Positions 9,665 to 19,713 of a DNA stretch of 64,000 nt are shown here, piece after piece; position 1 is the stretch's first letter, and each line of letters starts with the position of its first letter. This stretch comes from Vulcanimicrobiota bacterium (GTDB taxonomy: Bacteria > Vulcanimicrobiota > Vulcanimicrobiia > Vulcanimicrobiales > Vulcanimicrobiaceae), in the NCBI GenBank assembly GCA_963786105.1, contig CAWAXX010000017.1, positions 64,001 to 128,000 on the forward strand, read 5' to 3'. Position numbers and translations under genes: made by a program. Under the pieces are notes generated by a model, which made no database searches, was not told the DNA's origin, and saw only the letters and a list, made by a program, of their open reading frames with translations.

Positions 9665-10721
9665 TCATCGCTGGTACGGGTCCCTGCTATAGAAGGGTGT
9701 GCGCGAGCCGTCGACCGTAATCGCGTACCACGCGTCGGACGCGGTCTTGTGCAGAAGATCGAATCGCTCGCCGTTGCGCGCGACGTGCGATACCTCGACG
9801 GTGTAGCGAATCGGCCCGTCCCGGTTCAAGCGGATCGGGCGGCGTGCCGCGAACGAGATATGCGCCCTGCCTCCCGGACGCGTTGAAAACGGTCGCAGCC
9901 GTCCGGATCCGACGCCGACGGCGCTGGCCTGATCGATGCCGAGACCGTAGACCGTTTTCGACGCCGGCAAGCAGGCGTCGGAATAATGCGGGCGAGGAAG
10001 ACGACCGTGCGCCCGAACCGGTTGCGCACGACGAAGTGCGTGTCGGTGATCGTGTCGGATAGCGCCGGCCACGAAAATAGGCCGGTCGTGAAACTGATGC
10101 TCTTTTCGAACGGAAACGCAACCGCATCGGCCGTGTCGGTTTCGACGTCAAAACGATCGGCGGCAACCGAGTCGAAGATGACCGCGCCCTGAATGGCCAG
10201 GCCGGCACTGCCTCCTCCGACGACGCCGCCGCGAACGTACACGCGTCGACGGCGTCCATGAGCTTGCTGCTTTTCCAGACCACGTAATGCGACTGATCGC
10301 CGCCCGCGAAGTAGACGGCATCGGCGTGATCGACGACGTCGGCGAACCGGTCGACCTGCGCGCGCGACGCACACGGCGGGATGCGGACGTCTGCACCGAC
10401 GCGAAGTTGCCGTACTGGTACGAACGGTTTGTCGTAGAGGTTCGAGCCGGAAGCCCGCAGCACGACGACGTTGCCGCCGCGTTGCGTCACTTTGGCCGGT
10501 GAGACGACGGTGTAGCCCATGCGAACGCCGCCGGCGGAACTTCGAGCGCGCCGCCACCCTCGAGCAGCAGGCCGGGACCGTGCAACCGATCGCTGCGAAC
10601 GTAACGCCCGTACGCGGGGAAGGCGATGCGTCGCAAGGTCGGCTTTCGCCGATCGGGCCGGCCAACTCGGCCCGACGGCAGCCGCGATGACGCCGGCGAT
10701 GAAGAAGCATCGAACGCTCAT
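9665..10721 (-). pseudogene. Cyanophycinase-like peptidase S51, multiply frameshifted (or assembly errors)
   Basis: YFAGGDQ, GGGSAG (Ser nucleophile), DTHFVVRNRFGR and GLGID motifs spread over three frames; ATGA overlap with the S9 stop. Confidence 0.75.
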
Positions 10722-12655
10722 GGCTTCAGATACCGGTCGAACCATCCGAGCCAGCGCCGGTACACGTCCGCGAGTCGAACCGGACCGCGCGGCAAGATGT
10801 CCGCGCGCTCGGATACGCAAAGAACGCAACCGGAACGCCGTTGTCGCGCAGGGCGTGATACATCTCGTACTGTTCGACGATCGGAACGCGGATGTCGTAC
10901 ACGTTGCCGAACATCAACAGCGGCGTACGGATGTCCTTGAAATACGTGATCGGCGACTGTCGTTGCCATACCGTCAGCTCGTTTCCGACGAACGGCGAAT
11001 CGAGTAAACGAAACGCGATCGGCGTCGATGTCGTCGGCGATGGTGTAGTCGACTACCAGGTCGTTGACCGCGGCACCGGTGACGGCGCACTTCCAGATCT
11101 GGTAGTGTCCGATCATCCACGACGTGAGTTGGCCGCCGTACGACCAGCCCGATACCCCGATTCGTGACTCGTCGACGATGCCGAGTTTCTCGACCGCCTC
11201 GATCCCCGCCATGACGTCTCTTCCGGGGCCTTCGCTGGCGTCGTTAAAGATCGCATGCTCGAATGCGTTGCCGAGATTGCTGCTGCCACGGTAGTTGGGC
11301 GCGAAGACGAGGTAGCCGTGCGCCGCCGCCAGTTGATAGAACGGCTCGAACATGGCTTCCGACGTTTCGGTCGGGCCGCCGTGAATGCGCAGCACCATCG
11401 GATAGCGCTTGCCGGCGACGTAGCCTGGAGGGTATGTCAGCACGCCGGCTTCGTGAAAGCCGTCCGGCGAGTCCCAGCGCAGGGTCGCCACGCGCCCGAG
11501 CTGCAGGCCCGCGATCGCGGCGTTGAAGTTGGTGAGCCGCTCGGGCCCGCTTGCGCCCGGCGCCAGCTCGTAAAGTTCGCCGGCGCGCGCGCCTTCGGTT
11601 CCGACGAATGCAATCGTTCCGTTGCGCGATACGCTTTGAACCGGTTCGATTTCCGCGTCGATGACGTCGCCGAGCGGCAGGCGCCGCGCCGCGCCGTGCC
11701 GGGGCTGCAGGTAGAGCGGACCGCCGGTCACATCGTAGACTTTGACGAGCGCGGCTTGGGCGCCGGGCATCCATGCTGCCGTCGAGACGTGACGATCCAG
11801 GTCGCGCGTGAGATCGCTTTCCGTTGTGCCGCCGTCCGTCGCGTTCATGACGGTCGTTGCGTCGGCCGGGTCGCCGTCGCGCGGGTACAAATAGAGCACG
11901 TGCGTTCCGTCGGGTGACCACACGGCCTGGTCTTCGTATGCCGAATGCGCGGTCAACGGTCGCGAGGCAGCCGACGAAGCGTCTATGACGTACGCCGTTG
12001 CGCGATCGTTTACGCCGTGGATCGCGCTTGGGAGGCGTAAGTACGCGAGTCGGCCGCCGTCCGGCGACCACGAAAGAGTCGCGTCGGCGACGCTCCACGT
12101 CCCGGAGGTCAAGCGGCGTTCGTCGTGGCGGAGCAGGTTCGCCAGCCACAGATGCGAAGGCGGCACGGCCGCGGTAGCAAGATAGGCGTTGTCCGTTACC
12201 TCAAACGCGTCTTCGTAGGACGCCTCACCCTGCTTCGGCGGCGTCGAATCAGGACGCGTAAAGGCGATGGCGCCGTCGCCGGGACGCCACGCATAGTCTT
12301 CAACGCCGGTTTGCCCCGACGTCACGCGACGCGGCTTCGTGCGCCCGCCATCGAGAACGAAGATCTGGCTTGCGTGCGTGGCGGAGTCATTCGCGAGAAA
12401 CGCGAGCGCCGTTCCCGTCTGTGACCACTGCGGAGCCGAATAGGCTCCGAGCGCCTCGTCGAGAAGCTGAAGGCGGCGTGAGCGAAGGTCGTAGAGCCAT
12501 AGCTGTCCACGATAAGTATTGGTTTCGAGAACGGCGTGCGACGCAACGAATGCGATATGGCTACCGTCGGGTGAGATGGCGGCATCCGAGAGAGTGACGA
12601 CGTGCGCCAGCGCGTCGAGCGAAAATGCCGCTGCGACGGCGAAAATGGGCAGCAC
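10718..12655 (-). CDS. S9 family prolyl-oligopeptidase/acylaminoacyl peptidase with compensating frameshifts at about 10790-11010
   Basis: WSPDG propeller repeats, IHGGP, NYRGS, GWSYGG; the catalytic Asp segment (DIRVP) lies in the alternative frame 10726..10917. Confidence 0.85.
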   Translation of the reverse strand: MLPIFAVAAAFSLDALAHVVTLSDAAISPDGSHIAFVASHAVLETNTYRGQLWLYDLRSRRLQLLDEALGAYSAPQWSQTGTALAFLANDSATHASQIFVLDGGRTKPRRVTSGQTGVEDYAWRPGDGAIAFTRPDSTPPKQGEASYEDAFEVTDNAYLATAAVPPSHLWLANLLRHDERRLTSGTWSVADATLSWSPDGGRLAYLRLPSAIHGVNDRATAYVIDASSAASRPLTAHSAYEDQAVWSPDGTHVLYLYPRDGDPADATTVMNATDGGTTESDLTRDLDRHVSTAAWMPGAQAALVKVYDVTGGPLYLQPRHGAARRLPLGDVIDAEIEPVQSVSRNGTIAFVGTEGARAGELYELAPGASGPERLTNFNAAIAGLQLGRVATLRWDSPDGFHEAGVLTYPPGYVAGKRYPMVLRIHGGPTETSEAMFEPFYQLAAAHGYLVFAPNYRGSSNLGNAFEHAIFNDASEGPGRDVMAGIEAVEKLGIVDESRIGVSGWSYGGQLTSWMIGHYQIWKCAVTGAAVNDLVVDYTIADDIDADRVSFTRFAVRRKRADGMATTVADHVFQGHPYAAVDVRQRVRHPRSDRRTVRDVSRPARQRRSGCVLCVSERADILPRGPVRLADVYRRWLGWFDRYLKP

Positions 12656-12660
12656 GGCCG

Positions 12661-15600
12661 TTAGAGTTTTACCTGAAGCTGCAGATAGAAATTGATTGGA
12701 AGCGGATAATTGAACGAGTTGACGTCGCCGTACGACGGAATGAAGGCGTTCTGGAAAAAGGGGTTCAGCGGCACCCCGTTGGCGGCGACGTCGTTGGGGC
12801 TGGTACCGTTGTAGAAGTTGCTGATGTAGAACAGATTCGGGGAATATCCGCAGACCGTCCCGCTGGGCGGGAACTGCTGGCTCCACTGCGTCACCGACCC
12901 GCCAAAGCACGCGTTTACGAGATTCGCAACGGTCAAGTTTGCGCTGACGCGCGGGCTAACGTCGTAGTGCATCTGAAGGCCCATATTGAACTGCCAGGGC
13001 TGAGTGAACTGCCCGAACGTATCGAACTTTCCGGTCGCGGGGTTGGGGATGTAGAGCGAGCCGGCCGGCGTCGCGGCGAGCGAGCACGACGTGTAATCGG
13101 CGGTATGCGGATTGGGGTTCGCGATGCCGACGCTTCCCTGATTGGCCGTGCACACGCGCGGATCGAGCCCTTGGAAGTCGGCCGACGTACCGTATGCCGC
13201 CCCCTGGTTGAGCGTGAGCGCGGGCGTAATCGAGAAGCGGTCGTGCTTGTAGTTCAGGATCAGCGAGAATACGTTAGGCGACGTGTACGGAAAATCGAGA
13301 CCGGTTACGTACCAGGCGTTCGGGTCGAGCAGCGGCTGTAACGGCTGGTTGTAATACGGATTGAAAATCGTGTCGGGTCCGCAACGCGCCGCGGGCTTGG
13401 CTTGGCCTGCGCTGCCGTAGCACCGCGCGCCGCCGCCGGCTTTCGTCAACGCATTGTATTGTTGAATGTACTGGTTGTACGGGCTCACGGCGTTCACGCT
13501 CACACCTTGAAAGTTGTTCCATTTCTCCTTCGAATTCAAATAGGTGTACGAGAAGATACCCGACAGGCCGTTGCGGTTGAAGTCGCCTTTGGTCACTTGC
13601 AGCTCGACTCCGTAGCTGTATTGCGTCCCGGCGTTGAGCGCCGGCGAAGCTAGCAGGGTCGGGATGAAGACGGCCTCGTCGAGTTGTTGGGTGGCGTAGC
13701 GATAATATGGCGTAACTTTTATCGAGGTGTCGGTACCTTTGAAGCGATGCTCGTACGAAACGTCGTAGTTGTCGGAGAACTGCGCCTGTGCGTTGTGAAA
13801 CGGCGTAGTAAAGCCGAAGGGCAGAAATCCAACGAGCTGCTCGGCGAGGTTCTCTTCTTCGGTGTTGTACTGGATTTCGTAGTTTTGCGGTTCCTGCGCG
13901 TACCGTCCAGCCGACGCGCGCAATACCGTATCGGGGTCGAGCGTATACGTCAGACCGAGCCGTGGCTGCCAATACGTTTGGGTGTAAACCGGCGGGTAAA
14001 CGTTCGAAAGCAGGAGGTGTCCGTTCTTGCCGTCCGGATGCACCGTTTGCACCGGTTTCCCGGTCGATTTATCGATCGGGCAGTTGAAACCGACGAACGG
14101 CTCAATGACCGATGCGTTCTGCGGCTTTTGTGGAATGATGACGGGCTCGAACGTAACGGGGTTGTAGCAAAATTCGGCCTGCGCCGCGGCGAACCAGAAA
14201 TTCTTACCCGGGGTGTTGGTGTCTTGCAGATCGAACTGGTCGTCGGCATACTTGACCGCGACGCTGACGTCGAGTTTGTCGTTGGGGCGCCATTCGTCGC
14301 CGAGCGCAACGTCGGTGAAGATCGGGGTAACGCCGTTGACGAGGGCCTGGTTTCCGGTGTAAGTGAGGCGCCAGGTAGCGCCGGCCTGGCACGCCGGCGT
14401 GTTGGACGCAATCTTTCCGGCGGCGCACGGGTCGAGCGGCTGATTGTAGTAGCCGGTGGGATCGGTGAAAAATCCCTGGCTCGTATTGGAGTTGCACGGA
14501 GCCCGCTGGCCCTTGTCCGCGCCGGCGAAAGCGTAGCAATACTTGCCGTTGGTCAAGTTGCTGACTTGCTGGCCCGACGTGTTCAGATAGTTGAAGTTGT
14601 TGACGCGTAGGGTCGTCGACGTGATGTAGTTGACGTTTGCCGTCAGCAGGTTCGCACTGTCGATCTGATCGCCGAAGTCGAGTTGCAGGCCGCGCGTATG
14701 CCCGTCTACTTCGTAGTCGTAGTTCTGCACGCCGTAGCCGCTTCCGATGCCGCGCCGGCTGGCGCCGCTGCGATTTGTATTAGAGTAGAACGTGTAGCCG
14801 AAAAGTCTGAGGTACGCGTTGCTGCCGAAGTTTTTCTGGTATTGAAGCTTGACGATGCTCGCCGTGTCCCAGCGAGCGTCGCGATAGTCGTTGGGAAGCA
14901 ACGCATACGTACCGTCGGGGCAGGCTCCCGGGACGCCGCTAACGTTGGCGCACCGGTCGGTGGGCGATCCGGGGAACCGATACGCGATGGGTTGAGCGTT
15001 CGCAGGCGCTAGGAACTGCGTGTTGCCCGGATAGGTGTAATAGTCCGGCCAGTGCGGCGGCCGGCTGATCCAGTCGTTATTGACGAGTCCGTTCGCTAGC
15101 TGGAGCCCGCCGTCGTTCACGCCGCTGTAGTACTGGCGGAATTGGGCCGACGACGTGTAGAGCAGTTGAACGTCGTCACGTCCCGCGTCTCGCCGGTGCG
15201 GAATGCCAATATGGAAATTCCCTACGACCTCGCGTCCCGCGATGTACGAGACTTCACTATAGGCCGGATTAAAGGCCGAAAAGCATCCCGGATCGCTGCT
15301 CAAAAACGTCGTTGCGGGATTAGAGTAGGTGGCGTTCGCCGTGCACGTCGGATACACGGCAGGGTAAAACGACAGGAGCGTCGTGAGATTGCTCGGACCG
15401 GCGCCGTAGGGGAACGTGCTCATCAGATCGCCGCCATTGGCCTGATCGAGATAGCGAAAGTCCTGATTGTAGCCGCTGGTTCCGATGTAATACGAAAACA
15501 GCCGGTCGGGCGTCGAGCCGCCGGCTTCGACCGAAAGGTCGTGATAGAACGTCGGCGTGCCTATTTGTCCCGATATCGTAGCGTAGCCCGGATACGTGCC

Positions 15601-16353
15601 GGTCTTGACGACTTGGTTGATGAAACCGGCAAGTCCGGTGGCGTTGGCGCTGGCGCCGCCGCCGCCGGCATAGATCTGCAACTCCTGTTGCCCGAGCGTC
15701 GACGCCGAGTGCGCCGGATAGTTGTCGAACGACCGGTTCACCGGAACGCCGTCGTATTCGTAACCGATCTGATCGTAATATCCGCCGCGGATGTACACGG
15801 TTTGATTGACGCCCATCTGCCCGTTGGGCACGAACGCACCCGGCATCGCGGCAATCGCCGAGTAGACGTTGTTTAATCCGCCGCCGCCGCCGATCGGCGC
15901 GGCGGCCTTGGTCACCGCCGGATTGACCGAATAGACGTCGGTGATGGTTCCGGGGCGTACCTGGTTGAGGGAGGAGCGCGCCTGGACTTGCGCGATCGTC
16001 TTGAGGTTTTTCTGCAGCCGGAACGTCATCGTCTGAGCCTGATCCGCAAAGATGCTGATGCCGCTCGACGCGAGCGGCTCGTAGCCGGTTCGCTCGAACG
16101 AGAGCGTGTACGTGTCGGGTGCGAGCGAGAGAAAGACGAAGTTTCCGCGGGCGTCGGTGTGGGTTACCGCGACTTGCGACGGACTGCTCGCAGTGACCGT
16201 TGCGTTCGCAATCGGCGTTGCGGTGGCGCCCTCGAAAACGGTTCCGGCTAAACTGCCGGTCGTACCGGCCCAGGTTGGGTGCGCAACGAACGCGAGCGAA
16301 ATTACGATCCCAAACGCGATCGAACGGCTTAGCAACGAGCGAACTCCGGCCAT
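12661..16353 (-). CDS. TonB-dependent receptor with N-terminal carboxypeptidase-regulatory-like domain
   Basis: Signal peptide, GTTGSLAGTV...TDARGNF..LxL.PDTY, plug YIRGG..YEYDGVPVN, PRLG, C-terminal beta-strand. Confidence 0.9.
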   Translation of the reverse strand: MAGVRSLLSRSIAFGIVISLAFVAHPTWAGTTGSLAGTVFEGATATPIANATVTASSPSQVAVTHTDARGNFVFLSLAPDTYTLSFERTGYEPLASSGISIFADQAQTMTFRLQKNLKTIAQVQARSSLNQVRPGTITDVYSVNPAVTKAAAPIGGGGGLNNVYSAIAAMPGAFVPNGQMGVNQTVYIRGGYYDQIGYEYDGVPVNRSFDNYPAHSASTLGQQELQIYAGGGGASANATGLAGFINQVVKTGTYPGYATISGQIGTPTFYHDLSVEAGGSTPDRLFSYYIGTSGYNQDFRYLDQANGGDLMSTFPYGAGPSNLTTLLSFYPAVYPTCTANATYSNPATTFLSSDPGCFSAFNPAYSEVSYIAGREVVGNFHIGIPHRRDAGRDDVQLLYTSSAQFRQYYSGVNDGGLQLANGLVNNDWISRPPHWPDYYTYPGNTQFLAPANAQPIAYRFPGSPTDRCANVSGVPGACPDGTYALLPNDYRDARWDTASIVKLQYQKNFGSNAYLRLFGYTFYSNTNRSGASRRGIGSGYGVQNYDYEVDGHTRGLQLDFGDQIDSANLLTANVNYITSTTLRVNNFNYLNTSGQQVSNLTNGKYCYAFAGADKGQRAPCNSNTSQGFFTDPTGYYNQPLDPCAAGKIASNTPACQAGATWRLTYTGNQALVNGVTPIFTDVALGDEWRPNDKLDVSVAVKYADDQFDLQDTNTPGKNFWFAAAQAEFCYNPVTFEPVIIPQKPQNASVIEPFVGFNCPIDKSTGKPVQTVHPDGKNGHLLLSNVYPPVYTQTYWQPRLGLTYTLDPDTVLRASAGRYAQEPQNYEIQYNTEEENLAEQLVGFLPFGFTTPFHNAQAQFSDNYDVSYEHRFKGTDTSIKVTPYYRYATQQLDEAVFIPTLLASPALNAGTQYSYGVELQVTKGDFNRNGLSGIFSYTYLNSKEKWNNFQGVSVNAVSPYNQYIQQYNALTKAGGGARCYGSAGQAKPAARCGPDTIFNPYYNQPLQPLLDPNAWYVTGLDFPYTSPNVFSLILNYKHDRFSITPALTLNQGAAYGTSADFQGLDPRVCTANQGSVGIANPNPHTADYTSCSLAATPAGSLYIPNPATGKFDTFGQFTQPWQFNMGLQMHYDVSPRVSANLTVANLVNACFGGSVTQWSQQFPPSGTVCGYSPNLFYISNFYNGTSPNDVAANGVPLNPFFQNAFIPSYGDVNSFNYPLPINFYLQLQVKL

Positions 16354-16437
16354 CGTCAGCTCCTTCCGGTCTTGACGACGATTATACGGAGGCTCGGCAG
16401 CGGGCGGTATCCTGGATTCCCGCCATGCTGGGGATCC

Positions 16438-19164
16438 CTAGGGGCCGTGAGCGATGTGCGCCGCCAGCGCCGAACGTGACCGCAAGCCGAGGCGAGAGAA
16501 GATCGTGGAGAGGTGATGCTCGACGGTATGCTCGCTGATGTGCAGTCGTTGCGCGATGGATCGGTTCGTTTCGCCATCGGCGACCAGGCGCGCGACTTCC
16601 ATCTGCCGCGGACTCAGGGCGACCAGCCCCGGGTTTTCGACCGGTCGCGCCGTTCGCAGACGCTCCGCGTCGCGGACGTTACCCATCTGCACGTAAATCG
16701 CCAGCGCCTCGGCCGGGCGTGCGGCGGCCTCCAGCGCGCGCGCTTCGTACAGGCGCCAGCCGATATGCGAAAAGGCTCCTGCGGCGAGCGCGGCCATGCG
16801 CAGCACGCGCGGCGTAGGACGGTCGGCCGCGGTCAACGCTGCCAAGAAGAGCCGGCACGCGCGGCGCACTCGCGGACGCGTACCCGAAAGCGAAAGCATG
16901 TCCGCGGCCCATTGCTGCGTTTGAGCGTCACCCGCAGACGCGATGTGGAGAAACAGGCTCGTGCAGCGATGCGGACGAGGAATGAAGTCAACCGCGCCGG
17001 CGACCAAACCGCGTGCTTCGTCGCTCGCGCCTTGAGCCGACCGTAGTTCGGCAAATGCCGCCGATACCGAGGCGATTCGCTGGACTTCTCGCGACCGCGC
17101 GGCATAGATCAGCGCATCCTCGTCTGCGCAGGCTTCGAGCAACTGCCGGTCGTTGAGCAGCAGCGCGAGTGGAACGCCGACGGCGGCGGCCTTCGTTTTG
17201 AACGTCGCGGTGTTCACGCCGCTCTCGATCGCCTCCCACACCAGGTCGCGCGCCCGTTTCAGCTCGCCGGCGAGCATGAGGGTATTTGCGTAGTTGAGCG
17301 CCGAGTACGCGACCCGCCAGCTCATCGATGTGCGCCGGGCTTCGGCGAGGGCGATTTCGTGACGCTCGACCGCCAACGCGGGTTCGCCCAAGTCGGCTGC
17401 CACCAGCGCGAAGTTGTTTTCGATTTGAGCGATCAACTCGCTGATTCCCGACTCGTTCGCCAGGCTCGACGCACGGCGGCAGTCGTCGAGCGCCGACTTG
17501 GCGTCCCCCAAGGCCGCGAGCGTTTCGGCGCGCACCTCGTGAAAGCTCGCCCGCAACGGAACGTCGAAATGCGCGCTCAGAGCTTCGGCGGCGGCCAACT
17601 GCGCCTGCGCGAGCGCGACGTCGCCCAGCGTGATCGAGTAGCGAGCCAGTGCGAGGATCGCTTCGGCCGACATCGCGGGCTCTCGCAGCGTATCGAGGAT
17701 CGCCGACGCCTGCGACGCCGCCTCGAGACTCTCCGCGGTACGCGCGTCGACCCAAAACTGATCCGCCAGGCGGAGCAAAGCGTGCGAAGTCCCCGCCGCG
17801 TCGGCGAGCCGGGCGTATTCGGCGCGGCTCTTTTCAAACCAGACGGTCGGTTCTTCACCGCAGCCTTCAATATAGAGGAGGGTGCCGAGCCTATCGTAGA
17901 CGGCGGCGCGCTGCGGTCCAGGCGGGTATTCCCAGCGCAACGCCATGCTGTAAAAGCCGATGGCATCGCGATACGCGTAGAGGTTCCAGGCGGCTTCGGC
18001 GGCGCGCTCGTTGTGAAACCGGGCGCGATCGGCAACCCGCGCGGCCGACCAATGATAGGCCAACTCCGCCTCTCGCTGCTCGCCGTCCGGGAGATTCTGC
18101 AGTTCCTGCGCTATTCGGACGTGCAGCGGGGCGGCAACCCCGACGATGAGCTGATCGGCCAGCGCTTGACGAATCATGGCGTGACGGAACGTAAACTCGA
18201 AGGCGGACGACGGCGAAGCGACCACGATGCCGGCGAGAACGGCGCGCTGTAACACCGCGAGGACTTCTTCCAGTCGAAGATCGAGGATGGTCGCGAGGAA
18301 CTCCGCGTCGAAGCGCCGGCCGACGATGGCGGCACGGACGAGTACGGCGCGTTCTTGCTCGAGAAGCGGCGTCAGGCGTTCGCTCAGCATCGCCTGAAGC
18401 GACAGCGGCGCGTGAGTCGCGAGGTTCAGGCCGCCGCTTTCACGCACGACGTGGACGAGCTCTTCGGCGAAGAGCGGATTACCTTCGGAAAGCGATTCGA
18501 TCTCAGCGAGCGTTTCTGGTGGAACCGACGTGCCGAGTCGCGCGAGCCGCTGCGTCACGAGGTAGCGTATTTCGTTGCGATGCAGTCCGCGTAGCGGTAC
18601 CGCAGCGACGCGATTGCGCGCAGCGTAATGCCGGAAAGAGGCCAGCGCCGCATCGTTTGCGGCGCCTTCGGTTCGAAGCGAGACGAGAATCAGCACGCGG
18701 GCGGCGCCCAAGCCCTGCATGAGGTACTTTAGTAACTCGAGCGTCGCCGAGTCGGCCCACTGGAGATCTTCGAGAATGGCAACGACCGGCTTTCGCTGAG
18801 CGACTCGCTGCAGCAGCCGCGCCGTAGTTTCAAAGAAGGCGGCTTTCTCTGCCGCGTTTCCACGGCGTGTGCGCGGTTCGAGCCCGCGGCCGATTCCGCG
18901 CGTGTCGACGGAAGAAAGCATTGCGGAGAACGGACGATACGGGCTGCGCACGTGTTCGCTGCAATGTCCCGAAGCGATCGTCGCGCTGGACGCGATGGAC
19001 GCGACGAACTCCTCGATCAGCCGGGACTTTCCGATCCCGGCGTCACCTTCGATCGGGACGAAACGCGAACGCTCGTCGCGCGCGCACGCAAACGCTTCGT
19101 GCAGGAACGCCAACTCCTCGCGGCGTCCGACGAACCCTTCGTAGCCGAACGCGCGTGAAATCAT
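16438..19164 (-). CDS. STAND AAA-ATPase/TPR/LuxR transcriptional regulator (MalT/LAL-like)
   Basis: FVGRREEL, Walker A GDAGIGKS, LEDLQWAD, GNPLFAEE, C-terminal LuxR HTH; ATGA overlap with upstream gene. Confidence 0.9.
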   Translation of the reverse strand: MISRAFGYEGFVGRREELAFLHEAFACARDERSRFVPIEGDAGIGKSRLIEEFVASIASSATIASGHCSEHVRSPYRPFSAMLSSVDTRGIGRGLEPRTRRGNAAEKAAFFETTARLLQRVAQRKPVVAILEDLQWADSATLELLKYLMQGLGAARVLILVSLRTEGAANDAALASFRHYAARNRVAAVPLRGLHRNEIRYLVTQRLARLGTSVPPETLAEIESLSEGNPLFAEELVHVVRESGGLNLATHAPLSLQAMLSERLTPLLEQERAVLVRAAIVGRRFDAEFLATILDLRLEEVLAVLQRAVLAGIVVASPSSAFEFTFRHAMIRQALADQLIVGVAAPLHVRIAQELQNLPDGEQREAELAYHWSAARVADRARFHNERAAEAAWNLYAYRDAIGFYSMALRWEYPPGPQRAAVYDRLGTLLYIEGCGEEPTVWFEKSRAEYARLADAAGTSHALLRLADQFWVDARTAESLEAASQASAILDTLREPAMSAEAILALARYSITLGDVALAQAQLAAAEALSAHFDVPLRASFHEVRAETLAALGDAKSALDDCRRASSLANESGISELIAQIENNFALVAADLGEPALAVERHEIALAEARRTSMSWRVAYSALNYANTLMLAGELKRARDLVWEAIESGVNTATFKTKAAAVGVPLALLLNDRQLLEACADEDALIYAARSREVQRIASVSAAFAELRSAQGASDEARGLVAGAVDFIPRPHRCTSLFLHIASAGDAQTQQWAADMLSLSGTRPRVRRACRLFLAALTAADRPTPRVLRMAALAAGAFSHIGWRLYEARALEAAARPAEALAIYVQMGNVRDAERLRTARPVENPGLVALSPRQMEVARLVADGETNRSIAQRLHISEHTVEHHLSTIFSRLGLRSRSALAAHIAHGP

Positions 19165-19586
19165 GCCATCGTGCGACCGACGGCGAACACGGCTAACGCA
19201 ATTGCCACGACGTCCTCCAGGATTGCCGCGGGAACCGCGCCGACCGCGGCGATAGCCATCATTCGGACTGCGAGCCCACCGTATGCGCCGACGCCCACCC
19301 CGGCAAGAGCGACCAAAGCTCCGGCAGCTCCAGAAGTGCCACTCGTAACGGCAAGCGACCAACCGACAAAGGCTCCGCTTGCTATGCGAGCAACTAGGCC
19401 CGGCGCCTTCGTTCGCGCGGGCGTTCTTGGATACAGATCTCCGGCGTATTCTAGGACGGCGAGAATCCCGAACACGATCGCCCAAAGACCGCCGTGGCGC
19501 GCGATCCAAAGTACGGCAGGGGCGGTAAATGCACGCAGTCCGGCGGCGATGCCTAAGAGAAAAATTGCCAAAAACACCAGGAACAT
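19161..19586 (-). CDS. DUF4126-like membrane protein
   Basis: GIAAGLRAFTAPA, EYAGDLYPRTPART..GLVARI, AILEDVVA; GAAGGA RBS. Confidence 0.75.
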   Translation of the reverse strand: MFLVFLAIFLLGIAAGLRAFTAPAVLWIARHGGLWAIVFGILAVLEYAGDLYPRTPARTKAPGLVARIASGAFVGWSLAVTSGTSGAAGALVALAGVGVGAYGGLAVRMMAIAAVGAVPAAILEDVVAIALAVFAVGRTMA

Positions 19587-19713
19587 GAATTTGTCCTTCG
19601 GGCCATACGACGGCGCGCCTTCGGCAAGCCGTTCGAGGCGCGACCTCCGGCTAGGATTCCGCGGCGTTTTTCGCGTAGGCTGTACCACTCCACTCGCGCT
19701 CGGAAAGGTAATC

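Noticed and set aside
19171..19713. Long N-terminal extension of the first phosphoesterase ORF
   Set aside because: Antisense shadow of the DUF4126 gene; RBS and signal peptide start at 19714
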